Positions 7,703 to 15,590 of a DNA stretch of 64,000 bases are shown in pieces. Where the stretch lies: positions 1,458 through 65,457 of the forward strand of contig CALNAJ010000041.1 in NCBI GenBank assembly GCA_937874695.1, written 5' to 3'. The translations under genes and the position numbers were made by a program. Below the pieces are notes generated by a model. It was not told the origin of the DNA. It saw only the letters and a list, made by a program, of their open reading frames with translations, and made no database searches. The stretch's first letter is position 1; each line of letters begins with the position of its first letter. Source of the DNA: an uncultured Lactobacillus sp. GTDB taxonomy: Bacteria > Bacillota > Bacilli > Lactobacillales > Lactobacillaceae.

Positions 7703-8938
7703 CTAGAGATCTAAGTGAACCTGCTTGGGGTCCGTCTTCACAATGATCTTACCATGGTGAATCGAGTACAGCACTTCTGAACGCTTGTTCAATGCATTAT
7801 AGAAGTTATCGTTGTTCATGATGACCAAGTTGGCTGGTTTGCCCTCGGCGATACCGTAGTGGTCGCCGACATGCATCGCCTTGGCCCCGTTTGTCGTGAC
7901 AAACTTGTAGGACTCGTTGATGTCATCGTACCCCATCATCTGAGTAACGTGAATCCCCATATGAAGGGCATCGAGCATGTTGCCGTCACCCATGGGGTAC
8001 CAAGGATCCTTGATATCATCTTCACCAAAGGCCACGTTGACCCCGGCCGCGTTGAGTTCCTTGACCCGCGTCAAGCCCCGACGCTTAGGATAAGTGTCGA
8101 ATCGGCCACCCAAGTGGGTATTGATCAGGGGGTTAGAAATCATGTTGATGTGAGACATCTGCAATAGGCGCATCAGCTTGTAAGCGTAAGCGTTGTTGTA
8201 AGAGCCCATCGCCGTGGTGTGGCTGGCCGTGACTTGATCGCCCAAACCGGTTTCCAAAGCCAAGGTGGCTAACGTTTCCAATCCACGGGAAGCAGGGTCA
8301 TCGATCTCGTCACAGTGCGCGTCGACCAGCTTGCCATACTTTTGTGCCAGTTCAACGGCGAAGTGCAGGGACTCTACACTGTATTCACGCGTGAATTCAA
8401 AATGCGGAATGGCTCCGATAACGTCGACACCCAGCTTAGCAGCTTGTTCCATCAGTTCTTTACCGTGTGGGAATGACAGGATACCTTCTTGAGGGAAGGC
8501 CACCAGCTGCAATTCGATAAAGTCTTTCACTTCGTCACGCATCTCGATCAAGGCCTTCAGCGCCGTCAAATCCGGGTCGGTCACGTCCACGTGGGACCGA
8601 ACAAACTGAACCCCATGGCTCGCCTGCAATTCCAACGCCTGCCGAGAACGGGTTTTAACGTCTTCAATGCTCAGCGTCTTCTTCCGTTCGGACCAGATCC
8701 GAATACCATCAAATAACGTCCCGGACTGGTTCCATTCGGGATCTCCCGCCGTCATGGTACTGTCTAAATGGACGTGTGGATCAACAAATGGTGGCAAAAT
8801 CAATTTGCCGTGTGCATCGATCACCTGTTCATTATCCTTAGCCGTTAAATGATCGGCAATGGCGGTAAACTTACCCTCCTCGATGCGAATATCCTGTGGC
8901 TGCGTTGCGTTTTCGATGAGACCTTGTTGAATTAACAT
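7703..8938 (-). CDS. codA: cytosine deaminase-type amidohydrolase
   Basis: 411-aa ORF. Metal-binding PPFVDPHVHLD, and an overall CodA-like pattern (GTLFDGIRIW, VRSHVDV, HCDE.DD). Confidence 0.8.
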   Translation of the reverse strand: MLIQQGLIENATQPQDIRIEEGKFTAIADHLTAKDNEQVIDAHGKLILPPFVDPHVHLDSTMTAGDPEWNQSGTLFDGIRIWSERKKTLSIEDVKTRSRQALELQASHGVQFVRSHVDVTDPDLTALKALIEMRDEVKDFIELQLVAFPQEGILSFPHGKELMEQAAKLGVDVIGAIPHFEFTREYSVESLHFAVELAQKYGKLVDAHCDEIDDPASRGLETLATLALETGLGDQVTASHTTAMGSYNNAYAYKLMRLLQMSHINMISNPLINTHLGGRFDTYPKRRGLTRVKELNAAGVNVAFGEDDIKDPWYPMGDGNMLDALHMGIHVTQMMGYDDINESYKFVTTNGAKAMHVGDHYGIAEGKPANLVIMNNDNFYNALNKRSEVLYSIHHGKIIVKTDPKQVHLDL

Positions 8939-8976
8939 GCGCGTTAACCTACCTCCTACACTTTTTCATCTTAAAT

Positions 8977-9273
8977 TTAATAAAAGCCGGGAATAGTCAG
9001 TCCGAGTAAAAGAATCGTGCTGTCAGCAACCAACCCCAATACCACGGCAATGACACTCACCGTAGCGGGGACTAGGCACCACCAGGGACCCTTTTTTGCG
9101 GACCGAACTAACCTTACTAAGCTTATCACAGTTAGGACGAATCCGAACAATAAAGTCACGGGTTCATGGGGAAACCAGCGGTAAACCGTTTGAACAGCGC
9201 CGACCAGTGCGTACCAGCTCACGATAAATCCAATCAAACTCCACCCTAATACGGGCCATTGTTCACGTCTCAT
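8977..9273 (-). CDS. small membrane protein, unknown function
   Basis: Three predicted TM helices. Start trimmed to ATG 9273, preceded by GAGGGGA. Confidence 0.5.
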   Translation of the reverse strand: MRREQWPVLGWSLIGFIVSWYALVGAVQTVYRWFPHEPVTLLFGFVLTVISLVRLVRSAKKGPWWCLVPATVSVIAVVLGLVADSTILLLGLTIPGFY

Positions 9274-9522
9274 TGTTCCATCCCCTCGTCCCCATTTCCT
9301 GCCAATAAGCACCTAACTAGCCTCAATTTACGCCGTCATCCGCGAACTAGCGAGCAAACGACTCCTGATTGCGGGGTCACCGAACATTGCCACAGATGGC
9401 GTCTACCCGCCATAAGTCACCGTTGCGCTAACAAATATATTTATCAAACTTCCGGATCGTCTTTTCACCGTGGTCTGTGCTATGCTGGAAGCTATAATAC
9501 TGACAGCGGAGGTTACTTAATT

Positions 9523-10341
9523 ATGGTAAATTCATACCCACAAGCCCTCACCATCGCGGGTTCCGATAGCGATGGCAGCGCCGGCATGCAGGCTGATCTG
9601 CACACCTTCTTTGCTCGGCGCGTCTATGGTGCCTCGGTCATGACTGCCTGCGTGGCTGGGAATTCTTACGGCATTCACGCCAGCATCCCGATGCCAACCG
9701 ACTTTATCGATCAGGAATTCAAGGATCTAGCTGACGACTACCACATCCGGGCATCTAAGACCGGGATGCTGGCCGACTCAGAATTAATCAACGATGTCGT
9801 CAAGAACTACCAAGCCGCCGACTTCGGTCCCCTGGTAGTCGATCCGGTCATCATGACCAAGCACGGCAACCAGCTCCTGGAAGAGAGTGCCTTCAACACC
9901 CTACGCACAGCCCTCATTCCACTGGCAACGGTCCTGACGCCGAACTTCTTTGAGGTCGAAAAGCTGGCCGAGATGTCAATTTCATCCGATAGCGATATGG
10001 AAACGGCGGCCCACAAGCTTCAAAAGATGGGCGCCAAAAACGTGATTGCCAAAGGGAGTCACGCCGACCCCACCCAAAAGGTCGTGAAGGACTTTGTCTT
10101 GCTGGAATCCGGTGAGAGCTTCTGGTTAAGCGAACCCTACCACGAGACCGATCGGGTCAATGGCACCGGCGACTCCCTCTCCGCTTGCATCACGGCGGAA
10201 CTGGCCAAGGGCACACCAATGAAGCGCGCCATCGAAATCGCCAAACAATTCGTCAACGCCGCGATTGGCTCGCCAATTGAAGTCGGCCACAAATTTGGAC
10301 CGGTTAACCACTGGGCAGCAATGGATCGCGATTTTAAATAG
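9523..10341 (+). CDS. hydroxymethylpyrimidine/phosphomethylpyrimidine kinase family (ThiD/PdxK-type)
   Basis: ALTIAGSDSDGSAGMQADL, KTGML, VVDPVM, NGTGDSLSACITAELAKG match the ThiD/PdxK ribokinase-fold kinases. ATG 9523 is preceded by GGAGG; the 88-codon upstream extension in the track has no support. Confidence 0.85.
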   Translation: MVNSYPQALTIAGSDSDGSAGMQADLHTFFARRVYGASVMTACVAGNSYGIHASIPMPTDFIDQEFKDLADDYHIRASKTGMLADSELINDVVKNYQAADFGPLVVDPVIMTKHGNQLLEESAFNTLRTALIPLATVLTPNFFEVEKLAEMSISSDSDMETAAHKLQKMGAKNVIAKGSHADPTQKVVKDFVLLESGESFWLSEPYHETDRVNGTGDSLSACITAELAKGTPMKRAIEIAKQFVNAAIGSPIEVGHKFGPVNHWAAMDRDFK

Positions 10342-10348
10342 AAAAACC

Positions 10349-10397
10349 AAAGCAGCTAGATCATTCTCAAAACGAGAAGACCTAGCTGCTTTAGTTT
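10349..10397. terminator. bidirectional terminator hairpin between convergent genes
   Basis: 11-bp stem AAAGCAGCTAG / CTAGCTGCTTT, flanked by A-run and T-run. Confidence 0.75.
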
Positions 10398-10413
10398 AAA
10401 TTCGTTAAAAATC

Positions 10414-10593
10414 TTACCACCGATCCGGCCGCCACGTTCGGCCATCGACCTCACCGCCGAGTTGCTCGCTACGCCGGTCCTGTTCGGCAACGACCTGCTT
10501 CAACGCCAGCCAAAATGCCCGGTCGGTAAACTTAGATTGTTGGTTCGCCAATTGGTCGATCTGTTGGCGTAACCACGCTGATTGTTCAGTCAT
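10414..10593 (-). CDS. 59-aa hypothetical protein, translationally coupled to upstream oxidoreductase
   Basis: ATG 10593 overlaps the upstream stop (ATGACTGA, 8-nt overlap). Translation MTEQSAWLRQQIDQLANQQSKFTDRAFWLALKQVVAEQDRRSEQLGGEVDGRTWRPDRW. Below the ORF-track length cutoff. Confidence 0.5.
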   Translation of the reverse strand: MTEQSAWLRQQIDQLANQQSKFTDRAFWLALKQVVAEQDRRSEQLGGEVDGRTWRPDRW

Positions 10594-11278
10594 CTTCCTG
10601 CTCCTTAATCATGGCTAGAGTATCCGTCAACTGATCGAGATGCTCTCGATTCTGGTCGAAGACATTGGCAATTAATTTACCCGCCGTCTGTTGTTCTGCC
10701 GGCAACTGGTCGACCATAGCTGACAACCTGTGAGCGAACCAATCCTGCCGATTCGTCAGACTATCCGGTTGTTTCTGAGTCAGATACCGCTGGTAGTCGA
10801 TGACCAGCTGCAGTTTCTCCGGCTCTTCAAGGTAGCCAAATTGGTGGATGGGAAATATCGGCAGCCACGTCATCTTGGCACGATGAGCCAACGCTGCCAG
10901 TGGGGCCAACGCTGCGTCCAGCGTCATATTTTCGGCACCGCCCCGTTGGAAGGCCTGTTTGGGCATACCGGTGGTTACCACAATGCCCAGCTCCTTGCCG
11001 GCCAGGGGATAGCGATGATCACCGTAGACAAACGTCCGCGTCAGCACGGTGTCTTCCCACTGCTTCAATCCCGCCGGTGCCGCGTACCAGTACAACGGAA
11101 ACTGCAAGATAACCCGGTCGGCGTGGCGTAGCTGCTCCTGCTCCTTGGCAACATCTAAGGTCGATTGCCCCTCAATATGTTCCCAGATAATAGTCTCGTC
11201 GGGCAGACTTTCCTTCAAAAATTGTTGACTGGTCGAATCCGCCAGCTGGGGATGGGAGACCAGAACGAGCGTAGTCAT
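10586..11278 (-). CDS. flavodoxin-like fold NAD(P)H dehydrogenase (quinone) family protein with C-terminal helical extension
   Basis: LVLVSHPQLADSTSQQF, ADRVILQFPLYWYAAPAGLKQWED are typical of Flavodoxin_2 (YwrO/KefG-like) proteins. Confidence 0.75.
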   Translation of the reverse strand: MTTLVLVSHPQLADSTSQQFLKESLPDETIIWEHIEGQSTLDVAKEQEQLRHADRVILQFPLYWYAAPAGLKQWEDTVLTRTFVYGDHRYPLAGKELGIVVTTGMPKQAFQRGGAENMTLDAALAPLAALAHRAKMTWLPIFPIHQFGYLEEPEKLQLVIDYQRYLTQKQPDSLTNRQDWFAHRLSAMVDQLPAEQQTAGKLIANVFDQNREHLDQLTDTLAMIKEQEDD

Positions 11279-11418
11279 CGTACCATCAACTCCTTCACGT
11301 TTTTTTCACTAGAACTACTTTAGCACAGTTTCACGAAATCTTTATCTCTTGCGCTTTGCTAAAATTAGCGTAAAAGAAAAGGCCTTTAGCAGTAGCGCTA
11401 ACGACCAGTTGACTTGAA

Positions 11419-11571
11419 CTAACTTAAGCGGCGATCAGAATCATCGTGGAATTTATTTTCCCGGGTAGCCAGATGCTTGCTGTTCTTCCGGAAAGTTTCC
11501 CGGTTGTTCAGGTACAGCTGACCCACCGCGGCCAAAATGATAATGAATAAAATAATAACTAGTGCATACAT
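11419..11571 (-). CDS. 50-aa single-TM small protein
   Basis: GGGGGGAATTGCT-ATG. Translation MYALVIILFIIILAAVGQLYLNNRETFRKNSKHLATRENKFHDDSDRRLS. Below the ORF-track cutoff. Confidence 0.45.
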   Translation of the reverse strand: MYALVIILFIIILAAVGQLYLNNRETFRKNSKHLATRENKFHDDSDRRLS

Positions 11572-11691
11572 AGCAATTCCCCCCGTCAACTTTAGGTTAC
11601 AGTTATATTATCTAAATGTTACAGGAACATTGCAAGCATATTGTTATGAAAATAAGAAAATCTTGATATTTTTAATCAGTGTTTAGATTGT

Positions 11692-11997
11692 TCACTTATT
11701 AGTCGTACCGATTGACGATTGCCGCGAGGATTCTTTTTGCTGGGACTCACGCTGCGAATGGTGTTTCTTCTGAACCTTGCGAACCTGATTAGAGACCTGA
11801 TCGGTTGGACTGACGGTCTTTTGCCGTGATAGATTGGCCGCTGGACCCGCTAACAATAGCACAATGACAGCTGTTAGACAGTACACTAAATTTCGGTGCC
11901 TATCGCCCTGCCCCTGCGTAATTTGAAAGAAATAATAAATAATACAGATAGCGGAAAAGAATACCGCAATCTCAGCAATGACGTGAAGTACTTGCAT
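11692..11997 (-). CDS. membrane protein, unknown function
   Basis: 101-aa ORF. SD AAAGGAGG upstream of ATG 11997. Two TM helices plus a basic/Ser-Gln-rich tail. Confidence 0.55.
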   Translation of the reverse strand: MQVLHVIAEIAVFFSAICIIYYFFQITQGQGDRHRNLVYCLTAVIVLLLAGPAANLSRQKTVSPTDQVSNQVRKVQKKHHSQRESQQKESSRQSSIGTTNK

Positions 11998-12079
11998 GGT
12001 TTCCGCCTCCTTTGAATACCTTTCACTCTACTGGAGGCACAGGGTGACTGTCAACTGACGACTCCCGGTTAATCCACAA

Positions 12080-12108
12080 TTGACACGGCGCGACGGCTTC
12101 TCTATAAT
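12080..12108 (+). promoter_or_regulatory. consensus sigma-A promoter for tRNA-Arg
   Basis: TTGACA (12080-12085), 17-nt spacer, TATAAT (12103-12108), about 30 nt upstream of the tRNA. Confidence 0.75.
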
Positions 12109-12139
12109 TAAGAAGTTGTTGGTCGCCAGACCTTATTAG

Positions 12140-12213
12140 GTCGCAATAGCTCAGCTGGATAGAGCAACGGTCTTCTAAACCGTAGGTCGAGGGTTCGAAT
12201 CTCTCTTGCGACA
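12140..12213 (+). tRNA. tRNA-Arg (anticodon TCT); CCA not encoded
   Basis: Cloverleaf by hand: acceptor GTCGCAA/TTGCGAC, D arm GCTC-AGCTGGATA-GAGC, anticodon arm ACGGT-CTTCTAA-ACCGT, T arm GAGGG-TTCGAAT-CTCTC, discriminator A. Confidence 0.9.
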
Positions 12214-12227
12214 TCAAAACACAACGT

Positions 12228-12266
12228 AAAGAAGTTCTCACGTCATCGTGGGAACTTCTTTTTTAC
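12228..12266 (+). terminator. terminator after tRNA-Arg
   Basis: AAGAAGTTC ... GGAACTTCTT stem, followed by TTTTT. Confidence 0.7.
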
Positions 12267-12292
12267 ATTTTTAAACTTTTTTTGATATCCGG

Positions 12293-12532
12293 TTACTCTT
12301 GATATTGGCCCACAACGGGTAACTTCTTCAAAACCTTCCGACCGTGTGGTGACTGACCATCAATGACACTGGTCAATTCTTGGCCAGCCAGGTTGCCGTG
12401 ATGCTTGCCACCAGCCCAAGCCTCCACACCAGAAACGTCGTAAACAACGCCATCTACCGCTACGTAGGCCGGTTGCCCGTTTTGACCATCAAATTTGGCC
12501 AATTCCGTGCGATCAAATACTTTTTCACTCAC
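12293..12532 (-). CDS. cytochrome b5-like heme/steroid-binding domain protein
   Basis: 79-aa ORF. FDRTELAKFDGQNGQPAYVAVDGVVYDVS....GGKHHG fits the Cyt-b5 domain pattern. GTG start after AAGGTGGTGG. Confidence 0.7.
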   Translation of the reverse strand: MSEKVFDRTELAKFDGQNGQPAYVAVDGVVYDVSGVEAWAGGKHHGNLAGQELTSVIDGQSPHGRKVLKKLPVVGQYQE

Positions 12533-12624
12533 GTAAAACCACCACCTTAATTAGTTACTCCCATCATAAACTGCCCACCCCGACAACTCAAGTAATTCGC
12601 TTTTCGAGTGATAACTAGAGACAA

Positions 12625-12657
12625 TAAAAAAACACCAACCGAAGTTGGTGCTTTTTT
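12625..12657. terminator. bidirectional terminator hairpin downstream of csp
   Basis: AAAAAACACCAAC-CGAA-GTTGGTGCTTTTTT. Confidence 0.75.
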
Positions 12658-12680
12658 ACGACTCAGTTTAGGCTAATAAA

Positions 12681-12884
12681 TTAGTCGACAACTGATACGT
12701 TAGCAGCTTGTGGGCCACGGTCGCCTTGTTCTACATCAAGGGAAACGTGTTGGCCTTCTTCAAGCGTCTTGAAGCCTTCGCTGTTGATAGCGGAGAAGTG
12801 AACGAAAACGTCTGAGCCGTTTTCCAAAGTGATGAAGCCGTAACCTTTATCAGCGTTGAACCATTTAACAGTACCTTGTTCCAT
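12681..12884 (-). CDS. cold-shock protein (CspA family)
   Basis: [33 protein letters not shown] with RNP1/RNP2 motifs. Start trimmed to ATG 12884 after GGAGG (67 aa). Confidence 0.95.
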   Translation of the reverse strand: MEQGTVKWFNADKGYGFITLENGSDVFVHFSAINSEGFKTLEEGQHVSLDVEQGDRGPQAANVSVVD

Positions 12885-13077
12885 AAGAATGAAACCTCCA
12901 TGCGCATAGCGCAATAATATTTGCATTTGAAAGCTGGGGTAAAAAGGAGCCATTCTTATAAGAACGTCGAGCCTTTAAAACTTCCGAACCATAAATACAT
13001 TAACCATAGGATAACAGGTATTTCCCAGAATAGCAAATGCAAACTCCGATATTTTTAAAGTATTTTGCAATAAGTGC

Positions 13078-13686
13078 CTAATTATTCTCTGATAACCATT
13101 CTTTCGCGGCCAAAACTTCTTGGGGGGTCAGCATGTGACTGCCCCCTGTTTGATACACGGTCGTGGTCGCCCCACTTTTACGGCAATCCGCCGCAACTTG
13201 CTCAACGGTTGCAACTGACACCAATGGGTCACGCTGCCCGGCAGAGAGCCATACCTGGTAGTCTACTAGCTGTTTATTTTGCGGCACCGCCAGCCATAAG
13301 GGATGGAATAAAAGGGCCCGTTTCCCAGGTAAAATTCCAGTCCGAATCGCATAGGCAGCCATCGCTGCACCGTTAGAATACCCCACCGTGATAAGTTGAT
13401 TAACGTCCCAATGATATCGTGCACAAATTATTTTTATTTCTTCAGCTAGCCACAGCGATTCGGTCATAATTTGTTGTGGATCGACCGGACCCGCTGCCGT
13501 CTGTTGGAAATATTGGCGTTGCGCACCGACTCCACTACGACCAGCAATCGTGACCAACGGACTCTGTGGAGCTAGTCGGCGGCCAAAATTCAACATTTCT
13601 GTATTCGTCCCGCCAGTTCCCTGTAACAACAGCACCGGCGGTTCAGTATTGGCCCCCGGCGCTGTTTCTATTAGGTCTTCAGTCAA
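13078..13686 (-). CDS. alpha/beta hydrolase (phospholipase/carboxylesterase-type)
   Basis: Nucleophile elbow GYSNGA. TTG start after AGGAGG. The SD overlaps the stop of the upstream ORF. Confidence 0.7.
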   Translation of the reverse strand: MTEDLIETAPGANTEPPVLLLQGTGGTNTEMLNFGRRLAPQSPLVTIAGRSGVGAQRQYFQQTAAGPVDPQQIMTESLWLAEEIKIICARYHWDVNQLITVGYSNGAAMAAYAIRTGILPGKRALLFHPLWLAVPQNKQLVDYQVWLSAGQRDPLVSVATVEQVAADCRKSGATTTVYQTGGSHMLTPQEVLAAKEWLSENN

Positions 13687-13697
13687 GGCTCCACCTC

Positions 13698-14018
13698 CTA
13701 GCGTCGAACGATCAGCTCAATCTGACCCTTCTGCGGGGCGAAATTAAGCCCGTCACACGATTCACCTAGGATCTTACCGTATTCCGCTAAAACGTCGTCA
13801 GGCAATGGCGTGTGCGTCTTCAACTGGGCAATTAAATTTTCGGCTGATTTCACGTCCGTTAATGAAACAAACAATAAGGCGTTATCAATTAAGTCTCGCA
13901 ACAAATCTGTCAATAAGCTATTCGGCTTACCCTGAACGTTAGTCACCACGACCTGGTGACTTTCGACTTCCTGGTGATTTACTGAAACTGTTTTTAAGAC
14001 ATCAAAAATTGTTGACAC
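13698..14018 (-). CDS. hypothetical protein (106 aa)
   Basis: GTG start preceded by GAGGGAG. Co-oriented and tightly spaced with the hydrolase gene. No family recognised with confidence. Confidence 0.55.
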   Translation of the reverse strand: MSTIFDVLKTVSVNHQEVESHQVVVTNVQGKPNSLLTDLLRDLIDNALLFVSLTDVKSAENLIAQLKTHTPLPDDVLAEYGKILGESCDGLNFAPQKGQIELIVRR

Positions 14019-14095
14019 GACCAGTCACTCCCTCGCGAATCCGTTTTCAGTTTAACTAGATGATACAGCAAATTACGGCCAACGGAAACTAATTC

Positions 14096-15223
14096 TCATT
14101 CAAATAACGGTAAATCTTGCTGTTTGGCAAAGCGCGCCATCATTTTTTCCTGAACTTTGGGCAAGGGCAGCGCCGCAATTTCTGCCACTGGGACCCATTT
14201 CCCGGGAAGAAACTCAAGGGAGGGCACAGTTGGTAAGTCCGCCGTTAAAAGCTTCACGTGCCAACGTTGGTGCGTGTAGGTGTGACTGACCGGTTGACCG
14301 CCAACCACGGCCAGGTCTAGCGAAATCTGATAGTCGCTAGCCCAACGCCGGGTGATTTCTGCCACATCATCGGCAAGCGTCGCGTCCGGATTCTCCGTGT
14401 GCAGGTCCGCCTGCAAGACGAGTGGAAAGCTCCAATAGCCCGTCAACATTTCCTGAGCACCACGCTGAACCATCAGATAACCGGCTGGTGAATGAATCAC
14501 GAGGCCATAGTACGGCATTGATTTCGGTCGCGGCGCCTTGGTCTTTACTGGAAAGTCCAGCACCCGTCCTGCCCGGTAAGACGCGTCAAACGCCTTGACT
14601 GGCGAATGCTCCGGATCAGGATTTTTTGCCGTCATGTAGCTCGATCCCAAATCCATAATGGCTTGATTAAAGGCCCCGGGCCGTTGGGGGTCAACGATGG
14701 GCTGAATAATTTCTGTAAAGAGCTGGCGCGTCTTGGGCTTAGCGATATCATCATCGATCATGAGTAGTCGGGCAAACACGCGAAAGGCATTGCCATCCAC
14801 CGCCGGCACGACCTGATCAAAGGCAATGCTGGCAATTGCGCTGGCCGTGTAGGGGCCGATCCCCACAAGGTCTTCTAGCTCGGCGGCCGTCCGGGGCCAT
14901 TCCCCATGATAGTCGTCTACCAGTTGTCGGGCCGCACGCTGTAAGTTCCGGGCCCGCGAATAGTACCCTAGCCCCTGCCACGCCTTGAGCAGTGTTGCTT
15001 CTTCGGCATTCGCCAGGTCGGTAACCGTCGGAAAGGTGGCTAGAAAATTCTGATAATAGGGAATCACCGTATTGACCTGCGTCTGCTGCAGCATAACCTC
15101 GCTGATCCAGGTGTGGTATGGATTACGACCATGCCGCCAGGGTAAGTCCCGTCCCTCATCGTCATACCAGGCCAATAAAGTTTTCCGAAAGTCGCGGATC
15201 GTTGCCGCCGACCATTTTTCCAT
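14096..15223 (-). CDS. mutY: A/G-specific adenine DNA glycosylase
   Basis: LLAWYDDEGRDLPWR, EVMLQQTQV, HhH-GPD segment VGIGPYTASAIASIAF, C-terminal NUDIX-like domain. Start trimmed to ATG 15223 after GGAGGG. Confidence 0.9.
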   Translation of the reverse strand: MEKWSAATIRDFRKTLLAWYDDEGRDLPWRHGRNPYHTWISEVMLQQTQVNTVIPYYQNFLATFPTVTDLANAEEATLLKAWQGLGYYSRARNLQRAARQLVDDYHGEWPRTAAELEDLVGIGPYTASAIASIAFDQVVPAVDGNAFRVFARLLMIDDDIAKPKTRQLFTEIIQPIVDPQRPGAFNQAIMDLGSSYMTAKNPDPEHSPVKAFDASYRAGRVLDFPVKTKAPRPKSMPYYGLVIHSPAGYLMVQRGAQEMLTGYWSFPLVLQADLHTENPDATLADDVAEITRRWASDYQISLDLAVVGGQPVSHTYTHQRWHVKLLTADLPTVPSLEFLPGKWVPVAEIAALPLPKVQEKMMARFAKQQDLPLFE

Positions 15224-15356
15224 AGTGTCCCTCCGTCCTCGTTCTCCCCATTCTAGCGAATCCCCCACCTGTCGACAAGTATCTCGCACAACTAAACCTT
15301 GACGCGCCGCCGTTGCTCCCCTATCATCAGGGAAGAATATTGGTTAGGTGGTTTTT

Positions 15357-15460
15357 CGCCTGCGACGGTCAGAGATTCTGCTACTGTGGGGACCGCCTGT
15401 AGCCAAAAAGCGGGCTTCCGGCTCGGTTTAGAACCTCGCCAAGATTCAGACGAGTTTCTA
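15357..15460 (+). repeat. modular intergenic repeat, copy C (modules 1-2, about 104 nt)
   Basis: CGCCTGCGACGGTCAGAGATTCTGCTACTGTGGGGACCGCCTGTAGCCAAAAAGCGGGCTTCCGGCTCGGTTTAGAACCTCGCCAAGATTCAGACGAGTTTCTA aligns with copy A positions 4424-4527. Confidence 0.85.
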
Positions 15461-15590
15461 ATTAAAGGTCTCTGTGAACACTCACCTTCATCGTTCTTAG
15501 ACCATTAGCAGTTATGACATACAAGTCGCAGCTGGCAATAATAACTTACATATAAAGAAACTAAATAGGTTAACAATCGGAGGAAACATC

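Noticed and set aside
9313-9522. Possible TPP riboswitch and 88-codon N-terminal extension upstream of the ThiD/PdxK-type kinase
   Set aside because: I could not find the conserved CTGAGA / ACCTGATCTGGATAATGCCAGCG-type TPP elements. The extension overlaps the divergent membrane-protein gene, and GGAGG precedes the internal ATG 9523.
12023-12241. 72-aa minus-strand ORF
   Set aside because: It lies exactly antisense to a well-formed tRNA-Arg gene with its own consensus promoter and terminator, and it has no SD.
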